Assembly (NCBI GenBank): GCA_002269645.1
Contig: NIVC01000306.1
Coordinates: 115,343 to 179,342, forward strand
DNA length: 64,000 nt
Source: Macrostomum lignano
Taxonomy: Eukaryota
Direction of reading: 5' to 3'
Part shown: piece by piece, positions 32,197-45,000 of the stretch
How the letters are laid out: every line of letters begins with the position of its first letter
Position numbering within the stretch: position 1 is the stretch's first letter
The notes under the pieces: generated by a model
Seen by the model: the letters and a program-made list of their open reading frames with translations, nothing else
The model's database searches: none
What the model was told of the DNA's origin: nothing
Made by a program: the position numbers and the translations under genes

Positions 32197-35100
32197 CTAC
32201 CGATACAAGGCCCTGGCTCTATCAAAGTTCAAATTCATGAGATCTCGCATGGCTATTGACAGCACAATGGCAGCAACTTCGGCAAAGGAAAGCAGCAGGC
32301 CCGAAGTGCCAAGAGAACAGACTATTACCGTAAATTTATCACTAATTTTCTCCATACAGAAGTCAGTACAGGGACAGCTTTGAATTTCTTCGCTCGAAAT
32401 AGTCGATTTATTTAATTCATTTATGCAGCAGAGATGCTGCACTTTAGCCTGAGTGCAGCAGTCCTGCTCCGAGCAGGGTGGATGCCCCAGCGGATCGCTG
32501 ACGTACCCGGAATGGTACAGGCCGCAGCATTTGTATTTTGTCTGCAAAATTTGATTCGAAGAATTGTTTTGTGTTGCGTCTCACGCGCATACCACTCGTA
32601 TCATGCTACTGTTGAGTAAAGTGAAAGCACTGAATATTAATAACTATTTTGCTTAGATTCACTATAGCTTTTTGCAGCCCATTTGGGCTTACGCGCATTG
32701 AATTTAATCCAAGATACGAGCTACGTTTGTCAAAGTAATGGAGCTTTTGTCTATGGTAGCAAGGCTGGCACAGCGGCATTTAATTTGGTCCAACAAGCAT
32801 CAATTTGGTCCATTTAGTTCATTTGCAGCTCAGTCCCAGAATTGTGGACCATATGCTAGGCTGTTGAACGAATGTCATTGGCTTGTGATCGAAGCACTCG
32901 ACGGAGGTGAACACCCAAAGGACATTGCAAGGTTGCTGAATGTAAAAGAAAAGGTGGTTTACAGCATCCAGGAGCGCCTTGAAACTCTGCCGGCAGAGAT
33001 TGCCTGCGAAAGGGTGGCAATCGCCAAGGAAAGTTGCTCGAAAGCCTCAGGTCCAACTGCTACTCGATGCAGTGGAGACGAACCCTTTGTTGACGTTTCA
33101 GAAAATGCAGCAGAAGTTGAGGGAACAGCTCCAGTTGGTTATCAGATTTCGACTATCAGCAGAGCTCTGGAAAAGCAACTGAAAATTTTTGGTAGAGACG
33201 CTGACATTCCAGCGGTGCGCAACAACCTGCAGACGGTTGAGAGAAGGCAAGAGTTTGTCCAATGGCTCACGAGTGTTTGGACCAAATGGATGCTTGTTGG
33301 ACCAAATCAAATGCCGCTGCGCCAGCCTTGCTACCATAGACAATAGCTCCGTTACATTGGCAAACATATCTTGGATTAAATTAAATGCGCGTAAGCCCAA
33401 ATGGGCTGCAAAATGCTATATTAAAAGCGATATAAAATACACTCAGCAAAAAGTAGAATAATTCCACTCCGAAACACGCAGTGGAAAACATAGGGAAGCT
33501 TTAATAATCCCGTTCTCTAGGCCATAAATCTTCACTCTCTCCACGCCAGAAAATTGCGTCACTTCGGACAGAGATCTGAAAAAATGATGACTTAGACTTA
33601 ACCGGAGGGAGATCAAGGCGGTCACCAACGCCTTCTCTTGTCATGGTTGCTTTGCCAGGGATCGCAATCTCAAGGGGCGGGATCCGCAATGAAGAGTGTA
33701 TATTATTGAAGTTCGTTTCGAAAGTTTGGAAAGAAACAATGGAGCTGGTAATGTTATAGCGTCGTAGGGGGCGCGCTTCAGGAACTGACGAAAGACGGAG
33801 TGACGGAGTTGCCGAAGCGCCGACAAGTGCGCGCGCATGTCTTCGACGGTTGAATGCAAATTAAGTCGAGAACATCAACAAACCATCATTTTACTAAACT
33901 TTTAACAAAAATACATGTAGTTCTTGTTTCGGTGATGCACCAAGGACTACTACAGTATAAGGATGCAACACTTGAAATCTTTGGAAAATATCTTGAAGGC
34001 CACTTTTCGCCGAAAAATACACTACGGAGATAGGAAGTTATCAGTTTTTCAGCACAAAAACTGTTATTGCTTTCGATAGGAGGCAGACCCAGTGTTCATC
34101 TTTTGATATGTTGTGCCTTTTTTCTAGCTCTATTGATATTCATAAAGCCTTTTGTTTAGAAAATTAGGATTATTTTCTTATTCTACGTACAATTGCATGT
34201 CCTGTGCCTAAAAACCATTGAAATGGCACGGCCCAGCTCATTGGTTTTATGAATCTATTTTGTCATTCTCAGCTGCTGACTGTGTAAAAATATGTGTAAC
34301 AGAGATGATAAAATAGATTCATAAAACCAAAGATTCGAGCTGTGCCATGCACTTTTATGATTTTTAGGTACAGAAAATGTGCGTAGAATAAAAAATTAAT
34401 ATCAAAACAACATATCGACAAAAGGGGGCCGTAGCCCAGCGGTCTAGCGCAGTCTCTGGTGTGCCAGCGGCCCAGGCTCGATTCCAAGTGCAGTCACATT
34501 AATTTGGGGCTGAATTGGAATCTCGGCTTGGCTCTGCTCGTGCAATCAATGGCCTTGAGAGCCAACCCCCCAAGGCGCAGTGAAGTGTACATGCCTAACG
34601 ATAATATAAAGTTAGGGCCGCTGTACACTCCTGTGTGAGTGTGTGCTTGCGTACGTATCCGCGCGCTTGTATGCCTGCTCAGGGGAGTCGGCGGAATGGG
34701 CAGTAATGCCTCTCGCCGGTTGTGTGCCTATGTCGCTTAAAGTGCGCCAGGGTGCACACAACCCCCTGCCTCTAAAAAAAAAAATATCGACAAATCAAAA
34801 TATGAAAATTGGGTCTGCCTCCTATCGAAAGCAATAACAGTTCTTGTGCTGGAAAAATGAAAACTTCCTATCTCCGTAGTGTATTTTTCGACGAAAAGTG
34901 GCCTTCAAAACTTTTTCCCATGAAACGTGAGTGTCCCGTCCTGTATATACGCTGCTTTAGTTGTCCTTGTGATGCACTTCAAAAAATCACAGGCCATCAA
35001 AGTTTCATTTAATGCGAATTTACCTGAGCCTCTGCTCGCTTCGCATCGCCGGCCCGATTCCAGCCGGCCTCAATAATGGTTTTGATCTGATTAGAGTCGG

Positions 35101-35404
35101 CTGCTAAGCAGCTGCACGAGACTGAGAACTGAATTAGACAGAGAGGGAATGTACACAACAGGTACATAAACAGTACAGTGTGATTCTTCATCCAGGCACC
35201 AGCGAAACCAACAATCGATATCGGAATCAGAGCATTCGAACACGCGTCCAACGAATCCAGCAGGTTGATCTTGGACACCACCGGCGTGTTGATTGTCAAC
35301 TGAATGGCGACTTTCAAAGCGATGCCGGCTAGAAGAAAGGCAACATTAATTGACAGCAAAGCCGTTCTGGTGCTACTTAGGTAGCACCAGAAACTGTACA
35401 ACAT
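32197..35404 (-). CDS. Tetraspanin of the TSPAN13/31 (Tsp97E-like) subfamily, about 241 aa, 2 exons
   Basis: complement(join(32197..32541,35024..35404)), phase-0 intron. Four hydrophobic segments, IQFSVSCSCLA, CCG motif, DPLGHPPC. Confidence 0.88.
32665..33418 (+). mobile_element. Tc1/mariner-IS630 family non-autonomous deletion derivative in the tetraspanin intron
   Basis: About 150-bp imperfect TIRs (TAGCTTTTTGCAGCCCATTTGGGCTTACGCGCA... / ...TGCGCGTAAGCCCAAATGGGCTGCAAAATGCTA) flanked by TA. Internal ORF has transposase HTH-like segments (IEALDGGEHPKDIARLLNV; TISRALE..RNN) and no DDE domain. Confidence 0.8.
34424..34783 (+). mobile_element. tRNA-derived SINE (about 360 bp), antisense in the tetraspanin intron
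   Basis: 5' GGGGCCGTAGCCCAGCGG (Pol III A box) and GGCTCGATTCC (B box), 3' poly(A) tail, 11-bp TSD ATATCGACAAA at 34412-34422 and 34784-34794. Confidence 0.85.
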
Positions 35405-35684
35405 ATTTTCTATGAAGACAGTGTTTACATGTAGATCGATTTTTGCTATAGTATAATTTTACTAATTTTAATTTTTCATCGCTAAACGATCTAATCCGCA
35501 TGCGCGTACTTGTATAGACATTTAATGCTAACCATAGACTGTTTGAAATAGAAATTTTGATAAAGGCAGTAGTTATACCGAGGAATCTATTTATAGACTT
35601 GTAAATCTGACGTAGCCATGCATTTACAAGGGTTTTGAATATGAAAGTGGAGCTCAAATAGATCCTAGATTAAGCGACGCTAGA

Positions 35685-35818
35685 TTTCTTGGCAACGAGT
35701 GTGCAGACCTGCTTGCCAAGGCGCGCTGTGTTGGGGGCGGGCCCTGCAGGGACCCCCATCTTCACCTCAGCGATCAACTCTCACCTCAAACGCTTGGCAG
35801 ACAGGAATGCTTCTAACA
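35685..35818 (+). mobile_element. Small LINE RNase H fragment
   Basis: Translates FLGNECADLLAKA, matching the RNase H C-terminal GNExADxLAK motif. Confidence 0.5.
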
Positions 35819-38800
35819 AGGAGTGAATTGATTTTTAAGAGTTCAAGAATCAATAGTTAGGAGCTAGTTGTTCCAAGGAGTTGTGACGTTGTCAGTTGAG
35901 GTGCCCCCGACAAGGGTCGTTTTAGCGAAAGCAGTGTCATTCTATAATATTGTTAATTTGATGGTCTCGTACTCTAACGTCTGCTTGTAGTAGTAATGCC
36001 CAAGAAGTTTTAACAACATTGCGTGACGTTCGTAAAGCCTATGTACAATGCGATCGATAATTTCTGTTTTCAAGTTGGTTTTCGCGCCGGCCAATAGGAA
36101 GGCCGCGCATATATTATGCTAGTCTGAAATTAAGCTTTTGTCGTGCACCCACCCCCAGCCCGCTCGTTATCAGTCCTGTCTGGCAGGGGCGCCCGGGGTT
36201 AGGCTTCTTCTTCTTCTCCTCTTTCTCTCTCCGCCACAGTTCTAAGCCACGCCTCTGCCAAGTCTCAGTCGCGCCACCGCCACCGCCAATTCTCGATCAC
36301 GCCACCGCTACCGTTCGCACGAGGTTCTCGCCACGAGTACCGCCACCATACAATCACTGCCATTACATGTACATCACCGCCATTGCCTCAGGCTCATCAA
36401 CTCGCTCTATCATCCATCTTATTGTTGCGCAGCCGCCCAGTGCATTCCTTACGGATTCAGCAAAATACTCAGGCCCATCTCTATCGAAAGTCTCACTTGA
36501 TGCTCGACACTTAAAGCATAGTTGCAACGAGTCCAGTGCAGTGTTCAATTCGACTTTGATATTCGTCAGGCCGGCTAACTTAAGCGAGTTGATTCTCATT
36601 GAGCCGAAATCGTGACACAGTACATGTACATGTACGAAATTCTTCGAAAATGTTTATCCTTTGCCTAAATTGCCTGGGTCACCGATCTTTGTCTCCCTCG
36701 TTGTCCGAGCCTATACATAATGTAGGTCGCTGTCCGAAAACATGACAATGATCGATCGACACTCCTATACCCTTGAAATATTAACTAAGAGTTAGGAGCT
36801 TATGAAATTCTGTCCTTCTATAAAACACACGCTCCTAAAATTTACCCCTAAACGGCAACTCCTACATGTACATGTAGCTCCTAAATCCTACGATCCCCAC
36901 TCCTTATTCTATTAGCACGCTATACAAAACCTCAATGAGGTCTCCTTCATTCACTGAGGAGTCTCCTACGTCCTTAAAGGAGACTCCTAGCTTTTAAAAT
37001 TTACTCCTGATTCTATAGCACAGAAAAGCCATCTAGGAGCTAGGAGTTATAATAGGACACTCTCACTCTTAAGGATTTATAAATGCCTGTGTCACATATT
37101 GAGCCTCAATTCATATCGCCGCGGTTTGAAAAACGGAACCGGTTCCGAACCGGTTACACGCTCTTCATATTGATGGTTCGAAAACAGAATCAGTTCCGGA
37201 ACATGGTTTTGGTTCTGGAATATGGTTCGAGAAATTTTCTCGAACCGTTGTCATGTTTACACTTAACAGTAAAATATATTTGAAATCGTCAATTCTTTAT
37301 TACTGTTATATAATTATTCCATTTTTGTCATATTTAAGAGGAAACAAAGTCAAAGAACGACAAAATTAAATTGTAAAGACTCTCAAACATAATATGGGTT
37401 CGAAGCTCCTCATTTCACACTGGTTCTGGTTCTAGAACTCGAATTTATTCTGGTTCTAGAACCGATTGCCGTGAAGAGGCTCATTATTGACGAAGACCTT
37501 AATATCTCAAAAGTTTTTAAAAACCGAACCAGGAATTTAAAAATTTTATAGCTGGAGCAATTTTTTAAAAGATGCTATATTTAGGTGGCTTAGTAAAAAT
37601 AATTTTTCATACGAGCATTTACATTCGTTTTAACTGCACAACATTTAAATCAAGAAAATAAACTATGATTTATAAGAAACACACTAATTAACCCCACACC
37701 AGGCACGGTCTGGCAATCCTTCGCCATTGCCAGTGAAGTTGTAAGTAGTAGGCCAGCGACAGTTTTTCTAGTCTCCTCTCTCAAAATCCATAGTTATCGT
37801 TAACGTTGTGTTGTTTGTAGCTTTTAGTTTATTCGCGTTTTTTAAAGTTACGAAAGATCTAGATGAAAAGTTATGATTGAATAAGATGGCCTACTAGGCC
37901 AAAAAATAAAACATTAGTTAGGCCTATCCAAATGTGTTTCTTATAGCAAGAAATGACCTTTTTATGAAGTGTAATGCTAAGAGAATTTTTCATGCCATTT
38001 ATATATGTTTTGTTCAAAATCTTGGTTGCCCTTGGCCTTGGCCTTGGCCAAGGGCCCAAGGCCCTTACTTTGTTATGTATCACAATAAAGTCAAAAACCT
38101 TTATTAGATTTAGAACCTAGTCATAATAATATTAGTATGGTTACCATGGTATACCATGGCTGGGGCCTGTGAGCATGAATGGTATTAGCAAATTATATTA
38201 AATAGGCCCTATTGATTATTAGCCTAATCTTTATTATGTCCATTTCACCTATATCCTATAATATAGGCGTAGTATATACTAAAAACCAAAACTATCTACC
38301 TGCCTATCTATCTATCTATCTATAGAAACTTTGGTTTAACTTGACTTTGCAAAGACCAATTTTCTTCAAACTTGCACCATTCAAACAGAAAATTTTCTGT
38401 GGTGATATAATATGTCTTAGCTAAGATTAAGAAATTGCTCAATGCCAAAAGGATTAAATATAAAAAATATGCTTTTTTTGCAAAAGTCACATAGACTTTT
38501 CAACTTAAAAATGTATTTTAAGAATGCTAGAGAAGAAATTTCAACTTGGAATGCATTATAAAAATAGCAGAGAAGAAATTTTAACTTGAAATGCATTATA
38601 GTCTCCTCTCTATTGACTGTGTCTAGAATGCTAGAAATGCTAGAATGTAAAGATTACATCACAACTGAATTATAACTCTGACTTAAACTGCTAAAAACAC
38701 AATATAGAAACATAGCACAAGACTTGCTTTAGATTGTGTAACTCTATTGTTAACTTTATTTGAGACTGCTATAAGACTGCTTTAGAAATTGATTATGTCA

Positions 38801-39099
38801 TGACTTCTTTATGTGATTTTTACTTTGACTTGGTATGAATGTTGAATTTATGTGCTAGGCCCTACAGTTCAAGTTATCAAAACAATGAGAGCTAGCCTAG
38901 AAGTGAACAGATAGAACTATTAATGTAGTAACCAGGGTTTGAATCTTGATAATATAATTTTTTATTATTTAAATATCAAACACAAAAAGCATCATAAAAG
39001 GTTATTTGGGGGATTTTAAGCTGTCAAGGTGCATAGAAAATATCAGATCTATAGTCTAGACTTGGAAGGAATTGCTATACTGCTTATGACTCTTAAAGA

Positions 39100-40920
39100 A
39101 AATCAATGAGATATCAAGGCTTACTGGGAGAATTAATAAAATTTCAAGGCTTATAGAGGGAATTACTAAGATAACAAGGCTTACTGGGAGAATTGCTAAG
39201 ATGTCAACATTTACTATGGGGATTGCTAAGACTTCATGGCTTTTTGGGAGGATTGCTAAGATGTCAAGGCTTATAGAAAGTTGCTAAGATATCAAGGCTT
39301 ATATATGGGAGGAGGGGGGTCACTGAAATTCCAAGGCTTATAGGAAAATTGCTAAGATGTCAAGGTTGACTAGGGGATTGCTAAGATATTAAGGCTAAAA
39401 TGTCAAGGAAATTGCTGAGATTGGTTACTTTTGGCAGGTGTTTGCTATTTGGAGATGCTTGCTATTAGATGCTTGCTAGTAGAATTGCCAAGGTGTCAAG
39501 GCTTAGAGGGGAATCACTAAGACTCCAAGTCTTATAGGAGAATTACTGAGATATCCAGGCTCAAGTTGAATCGCTGAGGTGCCAAGGCTTACTAGGGGAA
39601 TATGCTGAATTGTCAAGGATTATTGGGGAACTTGCAATGTCAAGGCTTTTTGAGGGGATTGCTAAGATGTCAAGGTTTATAAGGAGTTGCTAAGATGTCA
39701 AGACTTACTGGGTAAATCACTAGGATTCCAAGGCCTTCTGGGGAATTGCTAAAATATCAAGACTTGGTTAGGGGATTGCTAAGATGTCAAGGCTTACTAA
39801 GGGAAGTTTTGAGATTTCAAGGCTCAGGAAAACTGTTGAGATGCTAAGGCTCATGGGAGAATGGCTGCAATGTTAAAGACTCACAAGAGAATAGCTAAAA
39901 TTCACAAAATGTCAAGGTTCATTTGGTAATTGTTGAAATGCTATGGTTTATGGTGGGAATTGTTGAAATGCTATGACTTGGCAAGGTTAGGGTTAAATCA
40001 AAAAACTCATGTGGAATTGCCTAAAAGACTAAAAAAAGCATCATATAATATTTAGTTATTGCAAAAAATAAAAGAAGGTTCATGCAAAAATAATAGAAGT
40101 GTCTTGTTAGACAAAAAGGAAGCATCATGTAAAAACAAGCATCTTGAAAAACATACATGCGCAACTGCTGGCTGACCTGGCCGATCTGGCCACCGTAAAT
40201 TGTGGTGGACCAGGGGTAAGTCGCAAAATGCCCAGCCTAAAGAATACAGATGTAGTACTAATTAGATGATGAGGCATTTAGCCCTTATAAGACACTCATA
40301 GTTACTCCTGCCATTTACCCACAATTGCGTTAGGGTTTCTTTTACAGGTAAGCTGCATTTTTGGTCAAAAAGTAAGTCGCATGGCCAGTGTAAATCAGGG
40401 GAGTTGCGCATGTATGTTGAAAAACATAAATAAAATGTCATATGAAACTTTGGTATGACTCTTAGGGAGAATTTCTGAGATATCAAGGCTTGGAGAAAGG
40501 AATTTCTGAAATGTAATGGCTAAGCTCAGAAGCTACATATAGTTTATTAAAAATTGTATTGAAAATTGAAATTTGATAAGGATTATTGCACTAGCTAAGA
40601 ATGTAATTATTGCACTATCCTAGAAAATTATTATTGTACTGCATGATAAGAAAAGTATTGTTGAACTAGCTTAGAAAAGGATTATTGCACTAGATAAGAA
40701 AAGAATGATTGCACTAACTGAGGAAATTGTTGCGCTAGCTTGCTAGGGGTGCATGCTTTCTATCAGGAAATACTAGCTATCTGAAGTTGCTTGCTATCTG
40801 GGATTGCTTGCTCTCTTGTTGCTTGCTTAGATGTCAAGTCTTGCAGGAATTACTGCAATCTCAAGTTTTTAGGGAGAATTTCTGAAATGTCAAGGCCTGG
40901 CAAAAGAATTGCCGAGATTG
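39100..40920. repeat. Degenerate inverse copies of the 29-bp family (GGGAATTGCTAAGATGTCAAGGCTTAC)
   Basis: Decayed tandem units interrupted by unique sequence. Confidence 0.7.
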
Positions 40921-42030
40921 TTTGCTTTTGATGAGTGTTTGCTTTTGGTGAAGTTTGCTATTAGGCAATGTCAAAATCAAAATCTAAATAAGAAATAGAA
41001 CAAAAAATGCTACAGTGAAAATTTCTATGATAAAGACAGCCTCAGAATTATTTGTATAGAACAACCAAGGGTTAAAGTTAGGATAGCAAGCCCCAATGGG
41101 GTTGGAATTGGTTAGTCCATCACAATATACTAAATCTCTAAGATCTGTTTGTTTCTATATACTTAAAATGGTCTATTGGTACATGTGTGTGATTAATTTC
41201 AGAAAAAAAACAGCTCAATTATAAAATCTCATTGGAGTCATTTTTATATATGTTATAATAGTTATTATTCAATTCTATTGCTATACCACTAATAAGTTTT
41301 ACTATTGCCAATTTCATTGTGATTCAACTATTATGACCAAATAGTTATTTTTATCCTATAATGTGTATAATGTCTTTAATCCTATATGTTTTATCCTATA
41401 AAATTAATTTGGTCTGTCCTCTATATAGGCTTATATATTGAATAGGAATCTATCAAAATTTGAATCTTAATCTTGCTCAATCACAATTTTTATCCTATTC
41501 TAACCTCTATTTTTTACCTGATAGTATTGATTTAGAAAGGCTTAGCAGAGGTCACTCCTTCCATATATTGTATTGTTTTCCTTTGTCTTTTTCAGTGGTA
41601 AATATGGTTGCTTGTTGAATTTTATTCAGCTGTTTAATGCTTTTTTGCATGTAATATTATTTGCTTTTCCTAAAAAACAATGAAAATGTGTATATTAAGG
41701 CAAGTGAAGTTACCAAAAAAGACAAAAAACAAAAAATGATGAAAAATTAATACAATAAAACAGACTTTTTTTAGCTTAGTTAATGCTTTTAGAAATTATT
41801 CTTAGCTGATGCAGTAATCTATAAAATGTTAAAACTGTTTTTTAAAATACCTTTTGATATATGGTTACTAATTTAGAAGAAAGAACTCTTAATGGTATTT
41901 ATAATTTGTAATAAAATTAATGGTATGGAAACAAGTTATAGAACTATATTTTAGCAGCATTTTTTGATTTCTAAAAGATAAAAATAAGCCAAAATTATCT
42001 TTGAAATCAATTTCTGATTACTCTATTAGC

Positions 42031-45000
42031 ATGAGTTTCTCTACTCGCTTATCAAAGCTGAATATCGCTCCAGTTTTCATTGCCACACCAGATGAGTTGG
42101 ATGACCTAGCTGGTTATGTAACTGAAATTGTTAAACAGAAACTGTCTGCATTGGATACTGGATGTCTGATATGCAAGCTGTGTCCACCTGAACAAAAATC
42201 AGTAGCATCCTCTAATTTTGAGAATAGTGAGGTTGAACCCGACTTCAGCGGATGTCTGCTGCCATTCTGTTTGGACATTGATTTGTTTAAATTTTGTCCT
42301 ACTAGGCAAAAAATTGGTGGTAATGATTTACCAGGCCTGGCTGCAGAATGCCATCTGGCTGAGTTTGTTGCACGCAATGAGGCAACTGAGTGTGGGCAGT
42401 TTTCCATGACACCTGCAGCTGTTGAGGCTGAGTTCTGGAGCCGCTTTGAGTCGGGTAAGTTTACTACATCTGAAGCGAATAGGACTCTAGTGTGTCATTA
42501 TGGAATAATATTGCACTAGCTCACCTGAAGGATTTTGAAGGAATGGTAAGGTGCACTAGATCACCTAGATGAATGGGCGGCGCTCGCCTCCCCGCTGCGT
42601 CTTCGGACCGCACTAGCTCACCTGAAGGATCGGGAAGGAATGGGAAGGTGCACTAGCTCACCTGAAGGATCGGGAAGGAATGGGAAGGTGCACTAGCTCA
42701 CCTGAAGGATCTGGAAGGAATGGGAAAGTTCACTAGCTCACCTGAAGGATCGGGAAGGAATGGGAAGGTGCACTAGCTCACCTGAAGGATCTGGAAGGAA
42801 TGGGAAAGTTCACTAGCTCACCTGAAGGATCGGGAAGGAATGGGAAAGTGCACTAGCTCACCTGAAGGATCTGGAAGGAATGGGAAAGTGCACTAGCTCA
42901 CCTGAAGGATCGGGAAGGAATGGGAAGGTGCACTAGCTCACCTGAAGGATCGGGAAGGAATGGTAAGGTGCACTAGCTCACCTGAAGGAATGGGAAGGTG
43001 CACTAGCTCACCTGAAGGAATGGAAAGGTGCACTAGCTCACCTGAAGGATCGGGAAGGAATGGTAAGGTGCACTAGCTCACCTGAAGGAATGGGAAGGTG
43101 CACTAGCTCACCTGAAGGAATGGAAAGGTGTACTAGCTCACCTGAAGGAATGGAAAGGTGCACTAGCTCACCTGAAGGATCGGGAAGGAATGGGAAGGTG
43201 CACTAGCTCACCTGAAGGATCGGGAAGGAATGGGAAGGTGCACTAGCTCACCTGAAGGATCTGGAAGGAATGGGAAGGTGCACTAGCTCACCTGAAGGAT
43301 CTGGAAGGAATGGGAAGGTGCACTAGCTCACCTGAAGGATCGGGAAGGAATGGGAAGGTGCACTAGCTCACCTGAAGGATCTGAAGGAATGGGAAGGTGC
43401 ACTAGCTCACCTGAAGGATCTGAAGGAATGGGAAGGTGCACTAGCTCACCTGAAGGATCGGGAAGGAATGGGAAAGTGCACTAGCTCACCTGAAGGATCG
43501 GGACGGAATGGCAAGGTGCACTAGCTCACCTGAAGGATCTGAAGGAATGGGAAAGTGCACTAGCTCACCTGAAGGATCTGAAGGAATGGGAAGGTGCACT
43601 AGCCCACCTGAAGGATCTGAAGGAATGGGAAGGTGCACTAGCTCACCTGAAGGATCTGAAGGAATGGGAAGGTGCACTAGCTCACCTGAAGGATCTGGAA
43701 GGAATGGTGCAGTATTCATTCTTAAAACATGAATACTATGTAAATAGAAAAACTGAGTGAAAAAGCATATTGGTGTTCCTCATTTTTAGCGTCTTCATCT
43801 TCAACAGTTGAGTACGGCAAGCAATTGCCCCTAGTAGAAGAAGACGGCTGGGAACTAGCCAACAGTTTATCTGACTGTTCAGGCGTTATCAATATTGCAA
43901 GCACTGAGTCGCCGAACGACTGGTGGCGCTGTCAAATCGGTTCAAGATTTTTGTCTTCAACTGGCAATGGAGCCGGTGTCTGGCAGTGTGACTGGTCTGG
44001 CTCAGTGTCCTACCTGCACTGGGGCGAGGCCAGGATTTGGTATTGTCTGGCTTCCAACGACAATGGAAATCTTGGATGGCGTCTAGAACAAAGACCTGGC
44101 GAGTTTGTTGTGCTGATGCCTGGCGCCAGGTATGCTTGGCTTGACTGCGGCGTTAATTTTTTAGAATTGGCTCGGTTTTGTCCATTCAACTGGCTGCCGG
44201 AAGCTCTGACTGCTGGCATGCCTCAAGAAGTTCGGCGTAGGGCTGTGCTAGAAGCAGCTGAAGCTGTGGTTGAGGAGTCTTTAGCTACTGTTGAAGTTAA
44301 TAATGCATCGAGACAGCAGCAACAGACACGACTGTTGCTGTCTGCTGATCTAGCTGAGTTGCTGCTCAATGAGATTGAGGTGAGAGATTAGGGTTTGGTT
44401 GGGGGTGTTTTCATTTTCAAGTTACAGGCGCTTTATTTTATCGACAACTGTTCTCTGGACACAACTATTCTTATCTGGATACAACCGATCTTTTTTTCGA
44501 CACAACCAAGCTTCTCTGGACACAATTAATTATCTCTGGACACAACTAATTATCTCTGGACAGAACTAATTATCTCTGGACACAACTAATTATCTCTGGA
44601 CACAACTAATTATCTCTGGACACAACTAATTATCTCTGGACACAACTAATTATATCTGGACACAACTAATTATCTCTGGACACAACTAATTATCTCTGGA
44701 CACAACTAATTATCTCTGGACAGAACTAATTATCTCTGGACACAACTAATTATCTCTGGACACAACTAATTATCTCTGGACACAACTAATTATCTCTGGA
44801 CACAATTAATTATCTCTGGACACAACTAATTATCTCTGGACACAATTAATTATCTCTGGACACAACTAATTATCTCTGGACACAACTAATTATCTCTGGA
44901 CACAATTAATTATCTCTGGACACAACTAATTATCTCTGGACACAATTAATTATCTCTGGACACAACTAATTATCTCTGGACACAACTAATTATCTCTGGA

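Noticed and set aside
34424-34500. Possible tRNA gene
   Set aside because: No convincing cloverleaf, and it is followed by a SINE body, poly(A) and TSD.
36363-36615. Short ORFs on both strands in a GC-rich patch, plus ORFs at 33500-33860 and 40262-40486
   Set aside because: No identifiable motifs; may be transposon debris but cannot be supported without a search.
37120-38070. GGAACC/GGTTC and GGCCTT palindromic clusters resembling DNA-transposon subterminal repeats
   Set aside because: Could not define TIR ends or a TSD by eye.
42515-43710. CRISPR-like appearance of regular 40-, 44- and 33-bp repeats
   Set aside because: Head-to-tail tandem units with no unique spacers, no cas genes, and a eukaryotic intron context.
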